DNA from: Prevotella phage Lak-C1
Sequence record: MK250029.1
Length of the DNA: 32,000 nt
Direction: 5' to 3' (one strand)
Shown here: positions 10,637-20,959 of the stretch, piece after piece
How positions within the stretch are numbered: position 1 is the first letter of the stretch
Layout of the letters: each line of letters starts with the position of its first letter
Made by a program: the position numbers and the translations under genes
The notes under the pieces: generated by a model
The model's input: only the letters and a program-made list of their open reading frames with translations
The model's database searches: none
Told to the model about the DNA's origin: nothing

Positions 10637-10939
10637 ATGAGTAATATTAAATTTTTTCCTATGGACCATCCAGATTTTTGGAGTCGTCCACAATATTTGA
10701 AGACTGGTTATACATTTCGTAATGGTGGTGGTGAAGGTGATATTGTATTTACATTATTGGAAGATTTCGATGAAGAGAAATGTAATGATATAAAAGTATT
10801 GTGCCATAATATTCGTACTGGGTTTACACATACAGAAACATGGGATGATACACAGTATTTAGAAGCATCATTTCGTAATGGTGAATATTTTCATTATAAT
10901 AAAAAGTGCGATTGGTTAACAGAATATTATAAAAATTAA
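10637..10939 (+). CDS. hypothetical protein
   Basis: 100-aa ORF. Confidence 0.6.
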   Translation: MSNIKFFPMDHPDFWSRPQYLKTGYTFRNGGGEGDIVFTLLEDFDEEKCNDIKVLCHNIRTGFTHTETWDDTQYLEASFRNGEYFHYNKKCDWLTEYYKN

Positions 10940-10946
10940 AAATAGA

Positions 10947-11990
10947 ATGGAAACAATTATAATTTATATGCTGATAGCTATTATTATATCAGCTATTTGT
11001 TCTTTGTGTGAAGCTTGTTTGTCTTCAACACCAATGTCGTTTGTATCAACACTTAAGGGGAAATCAGGCGCTGATATTTTGCGAAATTTTAAAGAGAATA
11101 TGGATAAACCTTTATCTGCTATTCTTATTATTAATACAATCGCAAATACAGTAGGTGCATCTATTGTTGGTTCTGCTGCTGCTTCTTATGCTGTTGAGCA
11201 AGGTATAGATGGTGCAACATTTATTGGTATTATATCTGCAATATTTACTGTTCTAATTCTTATGTTTGCAGAAATATTACCAAAAACTATTGGTGCAAAT
11301 TATTGGAAATCTCTTACATTGTATGTAACTCGTGTAATTAATGTAATGATTTATATTACATATCCATTAGTAAAATGCTTGAATTTTATTACACGTCTTA
11401 TGAGTAATGAAAATGCTGTTTCAATTTCACGAGAAGAAATTATAGCGATGACTGATGAAGGCGCAAAAGAAGGTGTTATTGATAAGAAGGAAAATATGAT
11501 TATTCAACGTATATTGAAACTTAATCAATATAAAGCAGAAGATATTATGACACCTGCAAGTGTTGTATATTCAGTTGCCGATTATGCAAATCTTTCTAAG
11601 AATAGTAGTTTGTATGAGAGTCTTACTGATGGTAGTACATTTTCTCGTATTCCTGTAATGAATAAAAACAATTATTGTGTTGGGTATATTCTTAAAGATG
11701 AGTTGGATTTGAATGATACAGATAATGTAAAGATTTCTGATATTACACATTCAATTCATAATTATATTGATTCTACAGATGTCGCAGATATATTTAATGA
11801 TATGGTAAAAAATCATGAACATATTTCTGCAATTACAGATGAGTATGGAACATTTAGAGGTATTGTAACATTAGAAGATGTTATTGAAACAATTTTGAAT
11901 ATTGAAATTGTTGATGAAACTGATGATGTTCAGGATATGCAGGAATATGCAAAGGAACAGTATCATGAAGTAATGAAGGATAACATTTAA
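10947..11990 (+). CDS. CNNM/CorC (DUF21 + CBS) family membrane transporter-like protein
   Basis: N-terminal TM region with CEACLSS and EILPKTIGANY, then SREEIIAMTDEGAKEGVIDKKENMIIQRILKLNQYKAEDIMTP and CBS-like SRIPVMNKNNYCVGYILKDEL. Confidence 0.85.
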   Translation: METIIIYMLIAIIISAICSLCEACLSSTPMSFVSTLKGKSGADILRNFKENMDKPLSAILIINTIANTVGASIVGSAAASYAVEQGIDGATFIGIISAIFTVLILMFAEILPKTIGANYWKSLTLYVTRVINVMIYITYPLVKCLNFITRLMSNENAVSISREEIIAMTDEGAKEGVIDKKENMIIQRILKLNQYKAEDIMTPASVVYSVADYANLSKNSSLYESLTDGSTFSRIPVMNKNNYCVGYILKDELDLNDTDNVKISDITHSIHNYIDSTDVADIFNDMVKNHEHISAITDEYGTFRGIVTLEDVIETILNIEIVDETDDVQDMQEYAKEQYHEVMKDNI

Positions 11991-12039
11991 TATAAACAAA
12001 TAGTTACCTAACGAATATAATATAAAAATAATTTTATAT

Positions 12040-12840
12040 ATGAGTAATATTTTAATTATTCCCGATATACACGGACGTACATTTTGGAAAGAATGTATTA
12101 AGTGTTGTGAATATGATGAAATTATATTCTTAGGTGACTATTTGGATCCATATAGTTTTGAAGGAATATCAAAGCAAGAAGCATTAGATAATTTTAAGGA
12201 GATTTTAAAGTTTAAATCTGATAATTATGATAAGGTAACTTTATTATTAGGTAATCATGATATGGAATATATTTCATATAATTTACCACGGGATCGTTAT
12301 GATAGTAAAAACGGAAAAGAAATAAGACAATTATTTTTAGATAATATTGATATGTTTAATCTTGTAACATATCGATATATTAAAAATAAATTTATATCAT
12401 TTAGTCATTCAGTAATTGGTCAATGTTGGATTAATGATATTAAAAATATAGATAATAAGATTAATAGTATGAATATTATTGATTTTATTACATACCTTAA
12501 TGATTTAGTTAAATCTGGTGATGAAAGAAAAATGGGAAATATTTTGAATCATATAGGATATTCAAGAGGTGGATATGATCCATATGGTTCTGTTATCTGG
12601 GCAGATGAATCAGAAGCAGTGGAATTTTGTTGGGAAGATAAAGAAAAAGTTAATAAACCAAAAGAAATTGATTATCAAATATTCGGACATTCACAACAAT
12701 ATAAATTACCGATTATAACTAAGTATTATGCATGTTTAGATTGTAGAGTAGGATTTTTACTTAATTCTGATGGTATAATTAAAAATATAACAAATGCAGA
12801 AGAAGAAATTAATGTTTCATTTAATTTAATTGATGATTAA
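12040..12840 (+). CDS. calcineurin-like metallophosphoesterase
   Basis: PDIHG, FLGDYLD, LLLGNHDMEY, FGHSQQY motifs. Confidence 0.8.
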   Translation: MSNILIIPDIHGRTFWKECIKCCEYDEIIFLGDYLDPYSFEGISKQEALDNFKEILKFKSDNYDKVTLLLGNHDMEYISYNLPRDRYDSKNGKEIRQLFLDNIDMFNLVTYRYIKNKFISFSHSVIGQCWINDIKNIDNKINSMNIIDFITYLNDLVKSGDERKMGNILNHIGYSRGGYDPYGSVIWADESEAVEFCWEDKEKVNKPKEIDYQIFGHSQQYKLPIITKYYACLDCRVGFLLNSDGIIKNITNAEEEINVSFNLIDD

Positions 12841-12842
12841 TA

Positions 12843-13292
12843 ATGATTGATTATAGTATTAATTATAGACGATATTGTTGGCATAAACGTTATGCAATTG
12901 TTTTTGTTACTAAATTAAGTACGATTACTTGTACATGTACTAAATATACTGAAGACTATGAAGAAGGTTTTCAAACTAATAGTGTTGATGTATATAAAGA
13001 ATATTTAAAAACATTATTAGATAAAAATCTAAAATGTTGTGTTATTGATAGAAAATACAAAAAGCTTCTATTTAATAATATTAATAATGAATCAGATAAT
13101 TATAATACATATTCTGATTATTATATATTGGAAAAATATATTGGTGACAATAAAACAATTATAGATTTTATGGAATTTAATTATAGTACTAATATATATT
13201 CAACATTATTAAATAAAGATAAAAATGATATGTATTTTCAAGCTAACATGAAATATAAGGAATATTTAAATAAAGTATGGAATAAACATTAA
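12843..13292 (+). CDS. hypothetical protein
   Basis: 149-aa ORF immediately after the phosphoesterase. Confidence 0.5.
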   Translation: MIDYSINYRRYCWHKRYAIVFVTKLSTITCTCTKYTEDYEEGFQTNSVDVYKEYLKTLLDKNLKCCVIDRKYKKLLFNNINNESDNYNTYSDYYILEKYIGDNKTIIDFMEFNYSTNIYSTLLNKDKNDMYFQANMKYKEYLNKVWNKH

Positions 13293-13380
13293 AAATATAC
13301 AAAAATATATATTTATTTAAACTTTTTATTGTTTTAATAATATATGAATATATAACATATTAATTTTAAAGATATTATAA

Positions 13381-14502
13381 ATGGAAAATTCAAATGTAGC
13401 AATGTTTAATGATAAGGGTCAGGTAGAAACCCTTACTCAAAGTCAGTATAACTATGATCAGCGAATTGCTGTTATGTCTGCTGATGAGAAAGCAAAGTAT
13501 TTACAGAAGACGGAGAAACTGGACCGTCATGATATGACTACAGTGACTTCATATGGTAAAGAATTGAGTTCTGTTATTTCCCGTAATGGCGATAATCTTC
13601 TTAATTCTGTTCGTGGAGATAATTCGTCTGTGGTTGTACAGCTTACAAATGAACTTCTTAGTCAGCTTAATCTTATTGATATTGATGAGATTAATACTAA
13701 TACTCGATGGAAGAAATTCTGGAGAAACTTCCCTATTATTGGGAAGATGATGACTTCTGTTGAGTCTATTATGACTAAGTATGATACTATTAAAGATAGT
13801 GTTACAAAGATTGGTGAAAAGATTGATACTGCACGTACAGTTGCATTACGTGATAATTCAACACTTAATCAGATTTTTGACGCTAATGTTTCATATATTG
13901 AGCAGATTCGTGAACTTATTCTTGCTGCAAAGATTCGTGAACAGTCAGTTAAGGATGAACTTGAAAACATGAAGGCTCATGCTAATGATTATGAGATGTA
14001 TGAGATTAATGATACACAAAATTTCGTTAATCAAATTCAGAAGAAGATTGTTGATATGGAAACAACTGAATATGTTTTGACACAGAATCTTCTTCAGATC
14101 CGTGCAACACAGCAGAATAATGTTGCAATCGCAGATAAGTCTGATAATATTGTAAATAATGTTTTGCCATTGTGGAAGAATCAGATTTCTATCAGTATTA
14201 TTATGAATAATCAGAAGAATTCTATTGAGGCACAGCAAAAGATTACTGATACAACTAATAAGATTTTGCGTGAGAATGCAAAGGCACTTCATATGAATTC
14301 TGTTAATGTTGCTAAGGCAAGTGAAGAGTCAGTTATTAAGCTTGATACACTTAAGGACACTACACAGGAACTTATTCAGACAATTCAGGAGGTTAAGAAT
14401 ATTCATGATCGTGGAGCAGAAGAGCGTAAGGAATATGAATCTCATTTGCGTGAGTTTGCACGTCAACTTGAAATTTCACTAACAGATAACGATAATAAGT
14501 AA
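13381..14502 (+). CDS. TelA-like (toxic anion resistance family) protein
   Basis: Domain pattern: TSYGKELSSVISRNGDNLL..., WKKFWRNFPIIGKMM...KYDTIKDSVTKIGEKIDTARTVALRDNSTLNQIFDANVSYIEQIRELILAAK..., NVLPLWKNQISISI. Confidence 0.75.
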   Translation: MENSNVAMFNDKGQVETLTQSQYNYDQRIAVMSADEKAKYLQKTEKLDRHDMTTVTSYGKELSSVISRNGDNLLNSVRGDNSSVVVQLTNELLSQLNLIDIDEINTNTRWKKFWRNFPIIGKMMTSVESIMTKYDTIKDSVTKIGEKIDTARTVALRDNSTLNQIFDANVSYIEQIRELILAAKIREQSVKDELENMKAHANDYEMYEINDTQNFVNQIQKKIVDMETTEYVLTQNLLQIRATQQNNVAIADKSDNIVNNVLPLWKNQISISIIMNNQKNSIEAQQKITDTTNKILRENAKALHMNSVNVAKASEESVIKLDTLKDTTQELIQTIQEVKNIHDRGAEERKEYESHLREFARQLEISLTDNDNK

Positions 14503-14507
14503 ATAGT

Positions 14508-14912
14508 ATGGGATTGTTTTTAATGGAAGCAGAACCAAAGAAAGCAGAACTTACTACAAATAAGGAACAAGAGCAAGAAGCATATATTGAGCCTTCTGTT
14601 GAATTAACAAAACAGGATGCAAAAAATAATGCTAAAGCTCTTGTAAAAAAGAAGTTTGTTGTTGGTAAGAAATATATGCTTAGACAGAAATCTGTTTGTG
14701 GTTCTAGAGAGATTATAAAGAAATATGTATGTAAGAAATTTATTTATACAGTAAAAGATGAACTTCTTAATATACTTATTCTTAAGCAGGTAGAAGGACC
14801 AAAAGGAACAATTTTTACATTAAATCGTAATGATTGTAAGCGTTATCATATTAAATATGAACCAGGTCTTCAAGTATTTTCTATGGAATTTAATTGGATT
14901 CCATGTAAGTAA
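14508..14912 (+). CDS. hypothetical protein
   Basis: 134-aa ORF, 5 nt after the TelA-like gene. Confidence 0.6.
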   Translation: MGLFLMEAEPKKAELTTNKEQEQEAYIEPSVELTKQDAKNNAKALVKKKFVVGKKYMLRQKSVCGSREIIKKYVCKKFIYTVKDELLNILILKQVEGPKGTIFTLNRNDCKRYHIKYEPGLQVFSMEFNWIPCK

Positions 14913-15005
14913 AAAAATAAATTGAAATAATATAGACTTTATTTAAATTATAGAGTAATATATTTACAATTAAGTTAATCAAATAACAAATAAAGAAAAT
15001 AATTT

Positions 15006-15446
15006 ATGTCAAAAAATAAATTTATTAAGCTTCATTCAAAAGAAGATAATAGTGTTATTATTGCAAGAATTTCAAAGATTAGTCTTGTAACTACAGATAA
15101 TGATTATTCTGGTAAAATGACAACTGTATATTTTGATGATGAAAATATTGATTCAATTACAGTTAATGAAACACCAGAGAAGATTTATCAAAATATTGTA
15201 GAGTTGGATAATACAGATTTTTTGAAACTTCATTCAAGTGATGATAATGCAGTTATGATTGTAAACACAGAGATTATTTCTGTTATTTCACAATCAGAAG
15301 AGGATGGAAAGAATGTAACTACAATGTATTTCAATAATGAATCTATTGAATCAGCTTCATTTAATGAATCTCCTGAACGTATTTATAAGATGATGGAGAT
15401 TACTAATAATGATGTGGTTACATCAGATAATAATGAAACTAAGTAA
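15006..15446 (+). CDS. hypothetical protein with two tandem homologous repeats
   Basis: FIKLHSKEDNSVIIARISKISLV...TTVYFDDENIDSITVNETPEKIYQNIVELDN versus FLKLHSSDDNAVMIVNTEIISVI...TTMYFNNESIESASFNESPERIYKMMEITNN. Confidence 0.65.
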   Translation: MSKNKFIKLHSKEDNSVIIARISKISLVTTDNDYSGKMTTVYFDDENIDSITVNETPEKIYQNIVELDNTDFLKLHSSDDNAVMIVNTEIISVISQSEEDGKNVTTMYFNNESIESASFNESPERIYKMMEITNNDVVTSDNNETK

Positions 15447-16030
15447 TTATAGTTAAAGATATACGTTTATAAAAAATAGTAGTATAACTGAATCTATAGG
15501 CTAAACCAATATGTTTTTATAAACATTCCCTTTATTAGATAAGTAGCAAATATATTAATAATGAGAATATAGCTATGAATGTATATATGTTTACAATTAT
15601 AAATAGAATAATTTAGATATAATATAGTAAAAATTATAAATAAAGTAACATATATATTTCTAATAATTTTTATGAATCTAATAAAAACATGAATTAGATA
15701 CTATTTATTAGTTACTTCAGTTTATTATGAAGGTATTATTGAAACTTTAATTTAATAGTACGATGATATTATACCCTCGAAAGTTAATTTGAAGATTGTG
15801 AAATAATATATTGGAATTGAAAATGATAAGAATATTATTTATAAAGAATATTACATTGTAATATTTAATATCGATATTATAATTTGAAAATGATACGAAA
15901 ATATATTATGGATCAGTTGGATGATTAATGAGTACAGAATGTCCCTGTATTGTGGGAGGTTATTTTAAAGTGGAGATTTTATTGGAATTTTAAATTTTGA
16001 ATAATTATTAAAAACATACTATTAATTTTT

Positions 16031-16066
16031 AAAGGATATAACCCTAAAGGTTATATCCTTTTTTAT
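16031..16066 (+). terminator. Rho-independent-type terminator
   Basis: AAAGGATATAACC-CTAAA-GGTTATATCCTTT followed by T tract. Confidence 0.75.
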
Positions 16067-16135
16067 TTAAAAATAAGTTAAACAATTAACATATATTTGA
16101 GTATAATAATTAAACAAAAATTGATTTTTTTAAAT

Positions 16136-18175
16136 ATGCAAAAAGGTAATATTGGAGTTACTAGTTAGGATATTTTTCCATTAATCAAGAAATTTATGTA
16201 TAATGATCAGGATATTTTTATCCGTGAGATCGTAAGTAATGCAGTTGACGCATCAGAGAAGTTAATTAAAGTTATTAGTGCAAATGAGTATACAGCAAAT
16301 CCAGATGATTTAAAAGTTACAGTTACTATTAATCATGAAGATAATACTATTACTGTTTCTGATATGGGTATTGGTATGACTGCTGATGAAATAGAAAAGT
16401 ACATTAATCAGATTGCATTTTCAGGAGCAAATGACTTCTTAGAGAAATATAAGGATACACAGATTATTGGTCATTTTGGACTTGGATTTTATTCAAGCTT
16501 TATGGTAAGTTCAAAAGTTGAAATTGTATCAAAGTCATATAAAGAGAATTCAAAAGCATGTAGATGGACATGTGAAGGAACTACAGAGTTTACACTTAAG
16601 GATGATGATAAAGAATCTGTAGGTACCGATGTAATTATGCATATTTCTGATGAATATAAGGAGTATGTAAATGAAAGTAAACTTATGGAACTTTTAAAGA
16701 AGTACGCAGAATATTTACCTATTCAAATTTATCTTAAAGATGTTCCTGCACCAACTACTGATTCATCTACCGGTGAAGTTACATATCCAGAATCACATGA
16801 AACAAAAATTACACGAGATGAACCATTGTGGTTAAAATCTGCATCAGAACTTAAAGATGAAGATTATATTAAGTTCTATAAGGAAACATTCCCTAATAGA
16901 CCTGAACCACTTTTCTGGATTCATATTAATATTGATACACCGTTTACATTTAAGGGAATTCTTTATTTCCCTGCATTTGATCAGAAACATCCTATTTTTG
17001 AGCGTAAGCATCTTAATTTGTATTGTAATCGTGTATTTGTGACAGATGATGTAGATGGAGTATTACCAGATTATTTGAGTCTTCTTCATGGTGTAATTGA
17101 CTCTCCTGATATTCCATTGAATGTTTCTCGTTCAGTTCTTCAAAATGATGCTAATGTTAAGAAGATTAGTTCACATATTACAAATAAGGTTATGAGTTCA
17201 CTTCGTACACTTATGAAGAAAGATAGAGAAACATATGAGAAAAAGTGGGAAACAATTAAAACCTTCATTAATCTAGGCGTTGTAACAGAACCTAATATTT
17301 TTGATAAAGCAAAGGATATTATTCTTCTTGTTGATACTGATAATAAGATGTATACTTTTGATGAATATTATGATAAAGTATCAGAAACACAGAAAGATAA
17401 AGATGGTAAAATTGTATATTTGTATACATATGATACTGCTACACAATATACTTATATCGATGCTTTAAAGAAATACGGTTATAATATTCTGCTGTTTAAT
17501 AGTCAATATGGAGCATTTGAAGTACATACATTTGAAATGAAATTACAAGAAAAGAATGTAACATTTAAACGTATTGATGCAGATGTACCAGAAAACCTTA
17601 TTAAGAAAGAAGAAGATACAACAAAGAAAGAAAAACCTGTATCTGAGAATATCAAGAGTATGTTGGTATCTATGTTTGATTGTATTGAGCTAAATCTTCC
17701 TAAAATTACACATCAGTATATTGTTCAGCAAGATGGTAAAGATGCACTGCCTATTACTATTGTTGCTGATGAGTTCTTCCGTCGTATGAAGGAAATGTCA
17801 ATGCTTAATAATGCTGGTATGTATTTGGAAAATAATGCATCTATTAAAATTATTATTAATGCAGATTCTAAAGTTGTAAAGAAGATTATTAAGATTGCAG
17901 AAAAAGAAATTGGTCAGCAAATTAATGATATTAATGAAAAAGTTAAAGATATTAATACAAGATTGGAAGCTGCTGATACAGATGATGCAAAGAATTCTAT
18001 TAAAAAAGAACTTGATAACATTATTGCAGAGAAAAAGGAAATTATTAATAAACATGCACATGCAGATAGTCATATTCATGAATTAATTGATATTGGTTTG
18101 TTACAGTATGGTTTATTATCAGGTGAAGATTTGGCAGCATTTGTTAAGAGATCTATAAAGATGATTGAAAAGTAA
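16136..18175 (+). CDS. htpG: Hsp90-family molecular chaperone HtpG
   Basis: MQKGNIGVTS[Q]DIFPLIKKFMYNDQDIFIREIVSNAVDASEKL, DMGIGMT, IGHFGLGFYSSFMVSSKVEI, FTFKGILYFP, SVLQNDANVKKI. Start ATG 16136 is in frame with the track ORF (16196) through TAG 16166. Confidence 0.93.
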
Positions 18176-18185
18176 TTCAATATAT

Positions 18186-18215
18186 AAAAGAGAGTATGTT
18201 TTGTAAATAACTACT
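18186..18215 (+). terminator. terminator-like hairpin
   Basis: AAAAGAGAGTA ... TACTCTCTTTT + Ts right after htpG. Confidence 0.65.
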
Positions 18216-18300
18216 CTCTTTTTACTTTTTACAAAAGTAGACAAATAATAAATATTAATATATAAGAAATATATTAACAAATTAAAATTAAATTAACAAA

Positions 18301-18561
18301 ATGTATCGGTATCATAATCCCTTAAAGAATTTTAATCCATTTGTGATAACAAGTGTATTTGTATTATTTTTAATTGTAATGTTTACATTTGCAATTCCTA
18401 CATTGATAAATGCAGCATCTACAATGATGAATTTTATTGCCATTATTTTTATTTTATTTACAATTTATATATGTATTATTGTAATGAGATATTATAATGA
18501 TTATTATATACGACATTATCAGAAATACAAGGAAGAAAGAGAAAAGAAAATTAAAGATTAA
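18301..18561 (+). CDS. small membrane protein
   Basis: 86 aa with two hydrophobic stretches (FVITSVFVLFLIVMFTFAIPTLI; FIAIIFILFTIYICIIV). Confidence 0.6.
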   Translation: MYRYHNPLKNFNPFVITSVFVLFLIVMFTFAIPTLINAASTMMNFIAIIFILFTIYICIIVMRYYNDYYIRHYQKYKEEREKKIKD

Positions 18562-18586
18562 TTTATCATTTTAATTATTAAATTAT

Positions 18587-19381
18587 ATGAAGAAAATCGT
18601 ATTGAATTTGATTGTCATACTAATGACATGTATGAGTTTTGTATCTTGTGCTTATGAGAGAGTTGATGCAGGATGTGAAGGTATTTATGTAAATCTTTAT
18701 GGTGACGATAAAGGTGTAGGTGAAGTTAGTCTATGTACAGGAGCTGTATGGTATTGTCCATTGACTCATGATGTATTTGAATATCCTACATATATTCAGA
18801 CTGTAGATTATCCATCATTTGAAGTTAATAGTAAAGACGGCACAAAATTTACTGTTGATCCTGCAGTTCTCGTAAAAATAGAAGATGGTAAATCACCACT
18901 TATTTTTAAAAAGTATAGAAAGCAGCTTGATGAAATTGTAAAGAATACTTTATATGTTTATATCAGAGATGCAGCACGTATTGAATTTAATAAGTATACA
19001 GCAGACCAGATTGTATCAAATCGTGAAGCAGTAGATAAATCATTTGAGGAACGAGTAAGAAAAGGATTTGCAAGTGAACATTTTATTCTTCAGCAATTAA
19101 CGCCAGGTATTGGTTATCCTAAATCATATGAAGAAGCTATTAATGCTAAGAATAAAGCAATTCAAGATGAAATGCGTGTCAGCAATGAGATTCGTGTAGC
19201 TGAGGCAGAAGCAAAGAAAAAACTTGTTCTTGCAGAAGCAGAAGCGAAGGCAAACAAATTGAAAGAACAATCACTTACACCATTGCTTATTCAGAAAATG
19301 GCAATTGAAAAGTGGTCAGGAAATTTGCCAGATACATATGTAGGTAGTCATGGTATTCCTAATTTGATTTTAGGAAAGTAA
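18587..19381 (+). CDS. SPFH/prohibitin-like domain protein, putative lipoprotein
   Basis: N-terminal signal with Cys (VILMTCMSFVSC); central SPFH-like region; EAEAKKKLVLAEAEAKANKLKEQSLTPLLIQKMAIEKWSG tail typical of SPFH proteins. Confidence 0.8.
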   Translation: MKKIVLNLIVILMTCMSFVSCAYERVDAGCEGIYVNLYGDDKGVGEVSLCTGAVWYCPLTHDVFEYPTYIQTVDYPSFEVNSKDGTKFTVDPAVLVKIEDGKSPLIFKKYRKQLDEIVKNTLYVYIRDAARIEFNKYTADQIVSNREAVDKSFEERVRKGFASEHFILQQLTPGIGYPKSYEEAINAKNKAIQDEMRVSNEIRVAEAEAKKKLVLAEAEAKANKLKEQSLTPLLIQKMAIEKWSGNLPDTYVGSHGIPNLILGK

Positions 19382-19393
19382 TTTTTATATTTT

Positions 19394-19432
19394 AATCTCT
19401 AATAATTTTCATAATTATTAGAGATTTTTTAT
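19394..19432 (+). terminator. terminator-like hairpin
   Basis: AATCTCTAATAATT-TTCAT-AATTATTAGAGATT + T tract. Confidence 0.7.
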
Positions 19433-19506
19433 TTTTATAAAGTAAACAAAAAGTTGTTTATCTAATAATATATATAGATTAAATAACTTTTAAATTATAA
19501 TTAATT

Positions 19507-19701
19507 ATGGATTTTACAATTAAAGGAAATAATAATGAAGTATCAGTTTCTAAGGATACTATTAAAAAGTTGATAGAACTTTTACAGCATGTAGATTGTA
19601 CATGTGTATGGTCAGAACATGATAATCAATATATTAAGGTTAATGATATTCCTAATAATATTGTTGATGAACTTATTGTAAAATTGAAATTATCAAAATA
19701 A
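19507..19701 (+). CDS. hypothetical protein
   Basis: 64-aa ORF, stop overlaps next start (TAATG). Confidence 0.5.
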   Translation: MDFTIKGNNNEVSVSKDTIKKLIELLQHVDCTCVWSEHDNQYIKVNDIPNNIVDELIVKLKLSK

Positions 19702-20150
19702 TGGAAGATAATAAAGATATTGAAATTGTTGAACAACCAGTAAAGAAGAAGAGAGGACGGCCACGTAAAGTACATCCTTATGAAGAATTCCAACCATATA
19801 TTAAAGAAACATTTGCTAATTATCTTAATGATAATTATGATATGATATATTTGTTTATGAATGCAAATAAACGAATTGATAAAAGATTTTGGAATGCTAT
19901 ATATGAACATGTAAGAACATTGAATAATAAATTATATGAAGAATATTCTTGTGGTTTTAAATTTAATGAATATACATATAGACCAGATGTACAATGGAGA
20001 GGTATTGATGAAGTTCGTGAAACTCAACGAAAAAATGCAGTAAAGCATTTTTATGAAAACGAAAATTTAGATCCTATATATAAAGCATATATGATATTTA
20101 CTCATATGAAACTTTATATTAGTGAATCTAGTAAAGAAATGAAAGTATGA
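19701..20150 (+). CDS. AT-hook-containing protein
   Basis: VKKKRGRPRKVHP matches the AT-hook GRP core with flanking basic residues. Confidence 0.6.
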   Translation: MEDNKDIEIVEQPVKKKRGRPRKVHPYEEFQPYIKETFANYLNDNYDMIYLFMNANKRIDKRFWNAIYEHVRTLNNKLYEEYSCGFKFNEYTYRPDVQWRGIDEVRETQRKNAVKHFYENENLDPIYKAYMIFTHMKLYISESSKEMKV

Positions 20151-20950
20151 AAATCATATCAAAATATAAGGATTTCTATGACTCATATGGATTTATTCTT
20201 GGTAAACCAGATGAGAGTATAACTTATGTCCGTACAACAGAAGTTATAGATGATGATAATAAGCAATATAAGTCAATCATCAAGAAAATTTATGATTATG
20301 GACATTTGTATTTTCATGTTTATGGATTTAAAGAAGATTATGTTGCATGGGTAGAAAGTGTTGTATGTGGTATATATCCTTATATATACGTATGTCCTTT
20401 TTATGTGATTATGCAACAATTAAATAAAGGTAGAACATTTATACCTATTGATTTAAAACCTATACCAATATCAGAAGAATTTGTACATGATAAAAGTAAA
20501 AGAGAACATATTTATAATAAGGTACAAACAAAATTTGATGAGTATTGCGATAAAAATAATATAAAAGGAAAATTACATATACAAAAAATTAGAGAAACCA
20601 ATTATTCATGGTCTAATGCAAAATTTAAATTTGAAACGCAAAGTTGGAAGATAGAGGAACTGGATATATTCAGAGAATTAAATGTACCAACTTTTATGTA
20701 TGTATGTAAAAATGATGATATTGCAAGATATGTTAAAGATTATGGATTAACACTTAATCCTATATTTGTTAAGCAAAATTTTGATGTATTAGGTGCTAAT
20801 AGAACCAGAATAATTAATGAACAGAATGTTTATATAGATATAGAAAATTTTTTGTGGGAAATGAAAAAGGAACCTGAATCAATTCCTGATAATAAAACAA
20901 AAATTATAAATGCAGGGTTTGATTTGAAAACATCATTTAGAAATATGTAA
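20147..20950 (+). CDS. hypothetical protein
   Basis: 267-aa ORF, ATGA overlap with upstream gene. Confidence 0.6.
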   Translation: MKIISKYKDFYDSYGFILGKPDESITYVRTTEVIDDDNKQYKSIIKKIYDYGHLYFHVYGFKEDYVAWVESVVCGIYPYIYVCPFYVIMQQLNKGRTFIPIDLKPIPISEEFVHDKSKREHIYNKVQTKFDEYCDKNNIKGKLHIQKIRETNYSWSNAKFKFETQSWKIEELDIFRELNVPTFMYVCKNDDIARYVKDYGLTLNPIFVKQNFDVLGANRTRIINEQNVYIDIENFLWEMKKEPESIPDNKTKIINAGFDLKTSFRNM

Positions 20951-20959
20951 TATTTTATT

